Source: Mobula hypostoma
Taxonomy: Eukaryota
NCBI RefSeq assembly: GCF_963921235.1
Contig: NC_086097.1
Coordinates: 16,492,001-16,556,000 of the forward strand
Length of the DNA: 64,000 bases
Direction of reading: 5' to 3'
Below, in pieces: positions 52,671-64,000 of the stretch (position 1 is its first letter; every line of letters begins with the position of its first letter). A program made the translations under genes and the position numbers. Below the pieces are notes generated by a model, which made no database searches, had not been told where the DNA came from, and saw only the letters and a program-made list of their open reading frames with translations.

Positions 52671-55600
52671 TACAATATTTAATATTAATAATATTTATAT
52701 TCAACAGTATATTGCATAGTATTTTTATTAGTATTTGCAAGCAAAGACTACACAACGAATACAAAATAAATAATTCAAATCAAATAAGTTTGTATGGTGG
52801 TGCTCCAAAGTAAAATGTGATTCTTTGGAAAAAAATGGAACACATTGAATCCTGCAAAGAAAGGCATTTGTACAAGATTATAGAGTAAAACTTTGGCTAA
52901 TGACTTCGTTCTCTGAGGGTTTACAAGGAAAAGTGCTCAGAATCAGGACACAGTAAATCTGTACCAATAAGCCTGCTTCAAAGCAAAACCTGGGAGAGCA
53001 GGAACTGTCATAAAAATTGCCATGTTTAAAGCTCTTGGGTGTAATTATTCTGATGTTAAGCATAACATGTAATTATGTCAGATAAAAGAGATATTCAAAT
53101 GTGAAATAAAGATATGTCTATTCTCTTTTACCTAATTTACCATATGGAATATTTTGTGTTTGCCTACCCCTAAAGAATTCCTAAGATTTGCCTACCAAAT
53201 GCATTTCATATTTTTTCTGACATTGTCAAATTCAAATGTATGTATTTAGATATACAAACATTTAATACACATCTAAGTTATGATGGTCTGTCTCTCTCAG
53301 AGGAACATTCATGTTGCTGCTCCATCCCTTTGAAGTGGTGAAGGTCACAATTTTCAAAAGTACTCTTTTAACGCAGGTTGAAGATGGTCATTTCTCTTCA
53401 GAAGTAACCTCCTATCCAGGTGGAGAGTATTCCATCACATTCCTGGCTTAAGATCTCTAGTTGGTGGAAAGAGGTTGAGGAATCATGTGTCAAGCATCAT
53501 GGAATATCCACTGTCCAACCCGTTCTTGCAGATATCTTATTTATGCTGTTGGTTAAATTAAGTTTCCAGTCAAGAATGCAATCCAGAATGTTGCTGGTTG
53601 GGGGCGTTCAGTGATGATAGGGAGAGAAGGTGGACTCTATATTATTCAAAATGATCACTGGCTGGCATGTGCGCGATGAAAATGCTACTTGTCATGCATC
53701 TGCCAAAAGCTGAATCTTGATAAGGCCATAAACTGCTTCATCATATGGTCAATACTATTTTGACCCAAGATGAAGTTAATTATCAGCAGTTAAATATCGG
53801 ACTGCCATAACATCATGATGGAGGAGTGACTGGCTTCCAAAATCTACATTTCAGAGGCAGATGATAAAGTCTGGAACTTCCAAAAATGTGTGATTGGTAA
53901 CATAAACCGATCAAGTTGAAGAACTAATTTTCATTGATGAAATATTTTTTGGCCAAATCTGCTTCTAAACCTATTGGAAAAGCACTGACAATCACCAGAC
54001 TTAACACATATAAAAACTGTTAACATTCAATACAAAGCAAAATGCTCATATTCCAATTCTGGCTTTATATTCATAGAAACCTAATCTTTTATCGTGAAAC
54101 TTTCTTTTGATCACAAACTCCCTAGAAATTTGACAACAGACTCAGCACAAAATCTTAAACAATAAGCATTCAGTTGCTCAATTGCTTTGGCCTAATATGG
54201 TGATTTTTAAAGTAAACAAACAATAATGATGTGCATGTATGAACTGACATAGTAAAAATGTCAAGAAATAGCATTCAAGACAACAAAATAATGAAGGAGT
54301 TCTTCTTCAAACCTTGAGTCAGATAAAGAATAAAGGCCACAACAGCTTTTCCAATACACAAAAGGTCCAATTTTGAGGCCTTGTTCCAAAAATAACTAGG
54401 CAGAAGCAGCTATGTCGCATCTCCCAGAGTAGCACCAGAAGGAAAGTCATTGCTTCCCCCGCCCAGAAAAATTCAGAATCCTTTTGATGACAAGATATAA
54501 TAAAGAAAACTTCACAGTATGTTTCTGTATACTCAAACCTACAAGACAGCTGTTCCTTTCCATCTGAATTTTAATTTTAAAAGCATGGAAACATACTATT
54601 GCAATTATGTGTTCATATGCACAATAGTCAAGTGAATCAATAATTAAGAAACATTATGTGTGATATCTCTTGCTCTATTTATGAGAAATATATTGAAATT
54701 ATTTTCAGAAATGCCTATAAATATTTGCATTCTTCAGGTGACTCACATTGTTCAGGTATTATAATAGGTTTATACGTGTCTCTGTGTTTAATGGAATTTT
54801 CTTTCATTGACGCAAACCTCATTTTTGTTTTACATTTCATTGTTTAATAGTAAACTGAGCGGTCACTGGTTCTAAAATGGTAGTTTTGGAGAGTGGGAGG
54901 AAATAAATTGTATCATTGCAATTTTGGCAAAACATTTGTGACAATTTTTAATATAGACTAAGTACTGTCATTACGTACAGTACATCTGTCACAGGATCAA
55001 ATTCTACACATCATATCTTGCATTAAGTGACACCTATAGAAGTGCAACATGACCAAACCAAACAATAGAAAAAATATATGGAAAGCATTTTCAAAAATAA
55101 ATATGAAAACTGTTTAATCCATATATATTGGCAATGATTATTATCTTGAGACAATGGACAAACATTATAAAAACATGAAGAGTCATAGATTTTTCATACA
55201 GGTTTTTACAAAGCAACAGTTTTAGGATGCAAACTTTGCATCTGCCAATGCTTAATGCTGACTAGACAACCATAAGCCACTGTCACAATCATCGCAAACC
55301 CCACCCACCATTGCTGGTCTGCTATTGTTTGCTAAGCATTTGTCTAAGTGCACTGGATATTTACAACAGAATTTCCAGGACCATCTATAAAGTTTTAATC
55401 AATATTCCAATTAATTTTATGATAACAGATATTAAATCTCGCATTTTGATTTAGGAATTACCCATTGACTTCAGAAATCCACGATCAAACAAACACAAAG
55501 AGGACATAGACAATGGCTTAATCAAGTTGATTGCCACAGATTCAATGATATTTGGCTCCAAGGTTGAACATCCTTGAGTTGATGCTTAGGATAATAGAAA

Positions 55601-55817
55601 GGGCAGAATACTTTGATTACTGAGAAGTGCACAGGTTGGAACAGCAGATATTGCAAGGTTATAAAGAATTATGCAGAATTCTGAGGCAAATTGTCATAAT
55701 AAGTTATTTATATCAGAATGCAACCAAAGCTTTAAAGGTGATCAGCTTATTTTTGAAAGATTGAATGTTGAGGTTGATTAAGTCTGGAGTACACCTTGGT
55801 TCCTTAAGGTTATAGCT

Positions 55818-56372
55818 GGGGGTGGTAATGGGGACAAGCTCCCATTATCTGTTAAATGCTCCCAATAGCGTGCACCTCAAAAAGCCTCGAAAACCAAGTC
55901 TAGCTCCCAGCCTTCATGTGTGGCTTAGCTGCTAAGCCCAGCAGAAATGTTCCTACTGACAGGAGAAAGGGCATAGGCAGGTTACTAGCGCCTTAAAAAC
56001 AGTCGCTTTGTGCAGATGGGGCTCATCAGCCGTGGTTGGCAACTCATCTAGGAGAAGGAAAACTCTGATCTCAAACCTCTGCTGCTTTGCAGCTATACCT
56101 ACTCATGGGGAAGGTTTTCAGAATAAACCTCAAGAGAAAAATCTGGAGTTGGAGTCTCTAAGGCAGTCCTACATTGAGTTCAATGTTCAATGCTAACTGG
56201 CAACTCCTGCGATGACGTTGGTACCAAACTGTATTGGGCTCTGCTGTTCCTTTAGGTTCATCAAATACATGGCTACATGGGCAACAGCTTGCTTTCCATA
56301 TCGTACTGCCCAGGCATGCGTATCTAGGCAGCTAGGACGCAATTTCCATTGTCAGCTCTGACTGCTGGAGGC
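55818..56372 (+). mobile_element. RTE-related non-autonomous (SINE-like) element, apparently near full length
   Basis: Contains CTCATCTAGGAGAAGGAAAACTCTGATCTCAAACC; second copy inverted at 3670-4050; no coding ORF. Confidence 0.65.
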
Positions 56373-56419
56373 ACACACTGTAAATAAAAATGCCTTCATT
56401 TGTAAGACAAATTGTAAAA

Positions 56420-57612
56420 AGCTAATCAAAAAGCTTCAAAACTTTGGCATCAGTATCTCCTTGTGCAATTGGATCCTCAATTTCCTCATTTGTCAGTTCA
56501 GAGTGGCAAAAAACATCTCCTTCACAATCTCTATTAGCACATTTGCGTAACGGTGTGGGCTTAGTCCTCTGCTCTGCTAGCTTACACTTATAACTGTGAG
56601 GCTAAGGACAGCTCCAAGGCAACATTAATTTTGATGACAACACCACTGTCATTGGCAGAATCAAAGGTGATGACGATTCAGCATAGAGGAGGAAGATCGA
56701 AAATCTGACTGAGTGGTGCCACCACAACATCTTCTCAATCAACGTCAGCAAGACCATGGAGTTGATTACTGACATCTGGATGTGAATAAACTGGAGGTCC
56801 ATGAGCCAGTCCTCATCAGGTAGGGGTGGAGTCAGAGGTAGAGAGTGTCAGCAACTTTAAATTCCTCAGTGTTATCATTTCAGAAAATCTGTCCTGGATC
56901 CAGCATGTTAAGTGTCATAATGAAGAAAGAACAGTGCTACCTCCATATCCTTTTGAAATCTGTGAATATTTGGCATGACATCTAAAACTGACAAACTTCT
57001 ATAGATGTGTGGTGCAGAGTATATTGACTGGTTGCATCACGGCCTGATATGGAAACACCAATACCCTTGAAAAAAACGTAATGGATACAGCCCAGTCCAT
57101 CACTAGTAAAGCCCTTCCCACCCTTGAGCACATCAACATGGAACGCTGTCACAAGAAAGCAGCAACCATTATCGAGGACTCCCACTATCCAGGCCATGCT
57201 TTCTTCTTGCTGCTGCCATCAGGAACAAGGTACAGGAGCCTCAGGACTCACACCACCAGGTTCAGGAACAGTTATTACCTCTCAACCATCAGGCTCTTGA
57301 ACCAGAGGGGATAACTTCACTCAGATTCACTTGCCCCATCATTGAAATGTTCCCATAACTTATGGACTCACTTTCAAGGACTTCATCTTATGTACTCAAT
57401 ATTTATTGTGTATTTATTTATTTATTTACTTTTCCTTTTTTTTGTATTTGCAGTTTGTTATCTTTGCCACTTTGGTTGTTTGACCGTTCTACTGGGTGTA
57501 GTCTCTCATGGATTCTATTGTGATTCTTGGATTTACTGTGTATCCCACAAGAAAATGCATCTCAGGGTTGTATATGGTGACATATGTATTTTGATAATAA
57601 ATTTATTTTGAA
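56420..57612 (+). mobile_element. Rex/Babar LINE 3' fragment
   Basis: YPGHAFFLLLPSGTRYRSLRTHTTRFRNSYY; tail gataataaatttattttgaactt. Confidence 0.88.
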
Positions 57613-58562
57613 CTTTTAAAAATTAAAAGTTAACAAAAATTTGCATCACAAAGAGATTAAGTAGATAATTGGTCTATTTTTCATAAAATCTATTTAGTCA
57701 TACATTATAATCTTAATTAAAATGCAATACATCAATTTGACTGGTTAGCAAAATACTGTTCAACAGTAAGTTGCTAAATGAACTATACAAACATTCAAAA
57801 TGAGATTATGTTACAACCCTATTTCTAAGATACCAAAGTAATACAAGTACATAATTCTGAACATCAGCTAAACAGGAGTGTTCATTTTAGAAAAGTTGGA
57901 TATATTCGAATAACAATTACAAGGATTATGGTAGGTTGCTCAATCATTACTAAAATTTCAAATCCCTTGAGAAATAAAGAAACCTTGCTCACTGTCAAGA
58001 TTGTAGCACAGACCAGAGTAAAAGGTGCTACGACAGGTCATTATTACAGTTATAATAAACACTGCTTTAAAGAGTGAAAATATAATCAGATAGTTTTAAT
58101 TGAGGTCGTATTATATAAGAGTATCTTTTTTTCCTGATTGCCTAAAATCCATAAACTATTTGTTTAGTTGAAACCTTTTTTAAATTCTTAAATCAGAAAA
58201 GGCATAAATACACAAATAGTAATATCTGCATTCAGTACACTGAAGCATATATCCCACTTGAAGTATCCAGTACTAATGACAAGTTTACATATTTCAGTGC
58301 AATTTGATGTATTTTCAAGTTTAGCTATGCATACCATCTATTTTTCAGTGGCTGAAGTATTTTTATAGCACAGGATGGCAACAAAGTGATTACATTGTTT
58401 ATAGTAACATATTAGTATGCATTTAAGCTACATCCAATAAATTAAACCAAACATGTTATGGCACTGCACAAACCAGAATCTACTGATAAATCAACATTTT
58501 GTGTATTTCTTAAACCATGACCTTTCAGTCTATAAACAAAAATAAAGAGAAATCATACCTAC

Positions 58563-58614
58563 CTAGATTCTCTTCTGATGTGTCCATTTCCCATTTGCTT
58601 TTTGTCAGGAAACC
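58563..58614 (-). CDS. YLPM1: YLPM1 coding exon D
   Basis: atttag|GGT...CTA G|gtaggt; 52 nt; GFLTKSKWEMDTSEENL plus 1 nt; its phase joins exon E. Confidence 0.9.
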
Positions 58615-60952
58615 CTAAATCATACACACACACATACAGAGAAGCTAATCTGGTTAGAGTGCAATCTTTAATGAAATATTGTTTCGAAGATAATGACTCT
58701 TGCTTCAGCAGGAAAGCAAATCAAACATAGAAACACAGAAATATTTGGAGAAAAAACTGGATTAAGATAGCATGACACAAAGAAAGTAATCGTGTTTCAT
58801 TTAAAAAAAGTATGTCTTTTCTTATAAAAAGGATAGATCTAAAATTCCATGTTTAAGATTATAAGCAGGTGCTTACGATAGAGCTGGAGTTTACTTTCCC
58901 TGCACGTAAATTACTCCTCTAGCTTTAAATATTTCAAATTCTATTTGTATGATTCAGTAAATAGAAAATATAACAAACACCGTTAAAAGTAAGTCACTAA
59001 TGTACAGCAATATTCCGGACTTTCAGGGCTGCTTGAAATGCTCAAAAAGTAATAAAGAATCAGTGAATAAGGTTCTTAAGTGGCTAAATAATTTTGGAAT
59101 TACTCTAGAACCAAAAAGAATCACTTTCTCATGTCAAAGAAGAGATGGTAAATGGAAATTTAAATTGATTAAACATTATCCATGCTGTCATATTCTACAA
59201 GCAAATGAAACAAATCCATCTTGAATCTGCATTGTAACATTTCTGATCCTGAATTGAAGGACTGCTCTTTTAAGTGACAGTTTCAAGGCTTTAAATTTTA
59301 GTTATTTCAACATCTCTACTTACTATCTTCAGTTATCCAGAACTAAATGAAAATATCATCTTCAAAGTAAACATACATCACAAAGCAATTACATCTCTGC
59401 TCATTAATTTTCAAAACATTGTTTAAACTTTAGTTTTTTTTTCAGATCCAAATACTTTATCTTAAATGGGATTATCCACTGCAAATCTTTCAAGATATTT
59501 GGTGACTTATTTTTACAGAAGAAAAAAACATATCCATATTACCTCCTATCATTCAGAGCAAGTTCTAGTTAGGTATTCATGTCAGTAAGAAACACAGAGA
59601 TAGCTCACATTGCCCATTAAGTAAAATCTGCCTGCAGATGCAAAAATAATCTGACATGATTAAATACTTTATTTTGTATCTACTAAGAAATACAAGTATC
59701 ACAATACTAAAACTGACAGTGTAAGTTACCCCCATCACTTTGCTACTTGTTCTCCATGCAATCAACTAGTCTGAGTCATATTTACTTCCTGCATTACTAA
59801 ACCTCTTTTAACAACTTCTCCTTCATTTGCCAATCTAGTCTAACCTTGAACATAGGCAGACCTTCTGCTTCAACTATTAAGCACAGAGTACTATGTCTAA
59901 AAGCAAAAAAGATCACAGATTAGTTTTCTGAAACATATGCCTAACACTTGTGCCTAACTTTAGAAAGCTGCCACAATACACGTATGAGTGCAAGATCGAG
60001 TCTGAAATGATCGGAATGGTGCACTTCCCAGAGATGCACTGTTTTCATTCAGTGCACATGAAACTGGGATCCCTACTGCTTCATCTGAAATTACTTAAGA
60101 GAAATAATGGTGAATTGGCTAACACTTATCCAGCAAATGAAAAGCAAACACAATACAGATCTATCTTTTTACTCTTTATGGGACCTTGTCATATGTGTAC
60201 ATGCTGCAACTTTCCCTATCTAGCAATCCAAAGTATTTTATTGGGTACAAAACACTTCAGGATATGCTGAGGTCCTGACAAGTATTAAATAAAAACAAGC
60301 CTTTTCAATGACAATGAATTGTGCTCTTTACATTTTCAAAGCGATGGTCAACAACATTGTTTCTATAAACTACACACAACCAATATTAGTTAACATTATA
60401 ACAGCTATCTTTTGGAGACATGCTCTGCCGACAGTTGCTATAAAGTCAAGTGGAAGACTTGTGATTTGTTGTTGACAATTTCAATCTGTATAAATTCAGG
60501 AATACACCATGAACAGAGAAGTCACTTAAAGAAGAAACAATTTGAATTATACCAATCCCAAATCCCTTAAAAAAAAAATCAAATGTGGAAATATAGCTGT
60601 TACTAATTAATCCATTTGTTTATTTCTATGATATTATTAACTGTAATAGATTTTATTATTTAAGAGTAACTTCACTCCAAGTTGAACATTACATAATTTA
60701 AAATAATTACATTACTCTGGTAACCAAATCTACAACATGAACTTCAGGACAAAACCAACAATCGAAGGTTTCACAACTAACAAACCTCAAGTGAGAAAGA
60801 TACCCTAACAATTTCCACTCCATCAACTGTCTCCTGCTTTTAACAGGGAAACACATTGAATTTCTTACTGACAAGCATACCAGCATAAAGGACACATTTA
60901 AGAAGTTTCCATGAGAGGGTAAAATATTCTGTTTTGTGACGACATCTCCTAC

Positions 60953-61063
60953 CGTTTCATACTCCTCTTCATCAGCAGCCTCCTTTTTAGATTCATCTCG
61001 TTGCTGTTCTTCTGACTGCTGTGCCTGTTGCTCAGCACTAGGATCGAAATCCTCCATTTCAAC
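60953..61063 (-). CDS. YLPM1: YLPM1 coding exon C (acidic linker)
   Basis: tttag|GTT...ACG|gtagga; 111 nt; VEMEDFDPSAEQQAQQSEEQQRDESKKEAADEEEYET. Confidence 0.88.
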
Positions 61064-61534
61064 CTAAAGAGTAGAAGATTAGACCAACAAACGTATTTTG
61101 AATTTTTATTACTGCTTTTCCTTCATGGTTCTTTGCTCTAAGAGTTGTTTCCAGAAACAGTAGTAGGTTCATGCAAATAATTTCCAAGCAATTAATAACC
61201 TTAGAATACTAGTAAGTGCAAACTTGATTCTTAAGTGGTTTGTCAATCAACTTCTCCTTATTTCCACAAACACCTTGATTTCAATATGAGAATGCACATA
61301 TCACGATCATGAATGTGTCAGAAATCAATCTACTTGCATCACCAAGACATTCAAGAAAATATTCACTATTTCTCAATAGGAGATTGTAACAACATTTAGT
61401 TTTCAGCAACAAAAATGCCAAGGAAACCCATTTCTGAAACTGAAAGGTTTGATTAATTTATTGTAAAGGCCATTAAACCTTCAACCTATACAAAATTGAT
61501 AGTAATTGAGAAGAAACAACCTTCAATGTTTACA

Positions 61535-62400
61535 AAGTAAACTCATGATCAAACTCTGGATGTTGTGAGTCAACCCCTCCCTTTGCAACTGGATCCTTAA
61601 CTTTCTGACCAATAGACTCCAATCAGTAAGGACAGGCAGCAACATTACCGCCACGATTATTCTGAACACTGGTGGTCCACAAGGTTGCATCTTCAGCCCC
61701 TACTCTACTCCCTGTACACTCATGACTGTGTGGTCAGATTGTGCTCTAACTCCATCTAAAAGTCTGCAAATGATATCATCATATCTCAAATAATGATAAG
61801 TCAGAGTACAGGAAGGAGAGAGAGAGCTTAATGACATGGTGTCAAAACAACAACCTTTCCCTCAATGTCAGCAAAACTAAAGAATTAGTCATTGACTTCA
61901 AGGGGGGGGGGGCAAGACAAGATAGGGCAAATGCTCCTGTCCACAGCAAACAGTGTTGAGTTCGAGAGCTTCAAGTTCCTAGGAGTTAATATCACCACCA
62001 ATAGCCTGTAATGGTCCGACCACAGAGATGTTGCAGCTAAGAAAGCTCACAAACACCTCTACTTCCACCGGAGGCTAAAGAAATTTGCCATAACCCACTC
62101 AATCCTTACCAAGTACCATTAGGTTCGGACAGTTTTTATCCAGTTATTATAAGACTACTAAATTGTTCTTTGTACAATAAATTGGGCTGTTGACCTCTCA
62201 ATCTAGTTAGTTATGATTTTGCATCTTGTTTAACTGTACTGCGCTTTCCCTGTAAATGTTGCACTTTATTCTGCATTGATATCGTTGTAGCTTGTTCTAC
62301 CTTAATGCACAGTGCAATGACTGATCAGTGTGAATAGCATACAAGAAAAGCTTTTCAGTGCATCTCAGTACACGGCAATAATAAACAAATTCAAACCACT
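61535..62400 (+). mobile_element. Rex/Babar LINE fragment
   Basis: [13 protein letters not shown] and [13 protein letters not shown] coding sequence; 3' UTR ending aataataaac. Confidence 0.8.
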
Positions 62401-62652
62401 CGCATTCATCCAGATACAAAAACTGGCAACTGTAAAGGGGAAAAAAAAGGCAACCCAAAGGATAGTATAAAATAACAATAACCAGCATATATTTAAAAGG
62501 ATCCTTCTGAATTTTTTTTGAACAATCTCTCATTCGTTCCTTCTCACCCTTGTCTTTATCTCCAATTACAACTGACACATGGTTCAGATAAAAACCACAG
62601 TAATCTTGCAAGTAACAAAAATAATACAGTCTATGTATTTTAGGATTCTTAC

Positions 62653-62736
62653 TTCTTCAATTGCAGCATCTTGAAGCAGTGATCTAATGTCTAAACGTAA
62701 CATATGTCGTGGAGTCGAATCCCAATGATCAGCCAT
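62653..62736 (-). CDS. YLPM1: YLPM1 coding exon B
   Basis: acag|ATG...GAA|gtaag; 84 nt; MADHWDSTPRHMLRLDIRSLLQDAAIEE (inside ORF 62584..62775). Confidence 0.95.
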
Positions 62737-63191
62737 CTGTAAAACAATACAGAATACATGCCAATCAATAGCCACAGCAATTGACTACTTATTTAGTATC
62801 CAAGTTGATGAGACAATTGGTAATAAAAAGTCTTCTTCACCACCGGGAAACAACTTTTAGGAATAATGTCCAGAGTAAATTTGAATCTCATCCAGCTAGG
62901 TCTTAATGGAACAGAGATGCCTTTTTTTAAGCTTATCAGTAACTCCCTGAAATGAAAAGAATTGGGAAATGAAATTTTCAACTTTGTATAGGTATATTTA
63001 AGGTGAGCTGTTAATAAGATTCAGTATTTCAGCTCAATTCAAGGTCAGTGCAGAGATGAGTAATCTAAAAAAAAAATTGACTGATCAAATCTCATTTACT
63101 TCAATCTTAATCATATACTTGCTTGCCACTGTCAAAACCATGAATATAGATCACACTCAGGGCCTTAAAAATAGAAATACAGATTATTCAC

Positions 63192-63275
63192 CTTATTGAT
63201 TTCCTTCAATTTGCGTCCATGAATGTTCCTTTTCGCACAGGTTTGATTATCGGCACTCACTTCTGCAATATAAAC
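63192..63275 (-). CDS. YLPM1: YLPM1 coding exon A (first visible; end of the P-loop nucleoside-kinase-like domain)
   Basis: tctag|GTT...AAG|gtgaat; 84 nt, phase 0; translates VYIAEVSADNQTCAKRNIHGRKLKEINK, which matches the vertebrate YLPM1 C-terminal region as I recall it. Confidence 0.93.
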
Positions 63276-63529
63276 CTAGAGCGAGAGAGAGAAATCATAT
63301 TAATTCATTCAAATTCAAATTACAGCAACTTAAAAAAACAAGAATAGAAAAAGCAGATTTTTTCTTGGAAAAATGCTCCCTCAAATGGCAATTTTTTCCT
63401 CCTTTAGAAATCTTTTATATAGCATAATCTAAATCAGCAATTCTGAGGATTTACTAACTACATAAAACGTTAATGCCACTTGTGAGAATAATTACTACTT
63501 AGTAGTTGTACATTCATAGAGAACCTCAG

Positions 63530-63950
63530 AGTCATAGAGAAGTACAGCACAGAAACAGGACCTTTGGCCCATCTAGTCCATTCTGAAACCATTTAAACTG
63601 CCTACTCCCATCGACCTGCACCAGGACCATTGCCCTCCATACCCCTATCATCCATACACTGATCCAAACTTTTTGTAAGCATTGAAATTGAGCTCTCATG
63701 CACTACTTAAGCTGGCAGCTCATTCCACACACTCACAACCCTCTGAGCGAGCAACCCTCATATTCCCCTTAAATTTTTCACCTTTCACCCTTAATCCATG
63801 ACTCTGGTTGTAGTCCTATCCAGCCTCAGTAGAAAAAGCCTGCTTGCATTTACCCTATTTATACCTGTCATAATTTGGTATATCTCTATCAAATCTCCTT
63901 TCAATCTTCTAAGTTCTAAGGAATACAGTCCTAACCTATTCAATCTTTCC
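63530..63950 (-). mobile_element. CR1 3' fragment
   Basis: Same family as 42835-43725 (catagagaagtacagcacagaaacagg...). Confidence 0.88.
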
Positions 63951-64000
63951 TAGCTATTAATTCAGCTATTTGTGTTCAATATTCACAATTTCCTTCTTAA

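Overview
Vertebrate genomic DNA, most likely a cartilaginous fish (ray-like; inferred from the CR1/HER1-type LINEs, HE1-like V-SINEs and Penelope-derived repeats, not from a search). The one host gene I can support is the 3' end of YLPM1 (ZAP3) on the minus strand. Six coding exons (63275-63192, 62736-62653, 61063-60953, 58614-58563, 39150-39017, 36694-36548) splice in frame at GT-AG sites to give 203 C-terminal residues ending ...PGKKRVRWADLEEEKDAERKRAIGFVVGQTDWEKITDEKGELAQRALNRTKYF*. An intron in the 3' UTR and a probable non-coding last exon (starting 33802) follow. Much of the remaining sequence is transposon-derived: many CR1 and Rex/Babar LINE fragments, a near full-length L2, an RTE fragment and RTE-related short elements, a Tc1 element, a Tc1-type MITE, a Buster-type hAT and Penelope relics, several of them nested with readable target-site duplications. 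Most listed ORFs are LINE pieces or their antisense shadows. I found no convincing wholly new multi-gene system. The most interesting signal is a Penelope-type minimal hammerhead ribozyme with an intact core, lying in the sense orientation of the largest YLPM1 intron, with a core-mutated sister copy about 2 kb away. Several splice features could also remove or retain the PP1-docking RVRW motif. Repeat boundaries without TIRs or TSDs are approximate.
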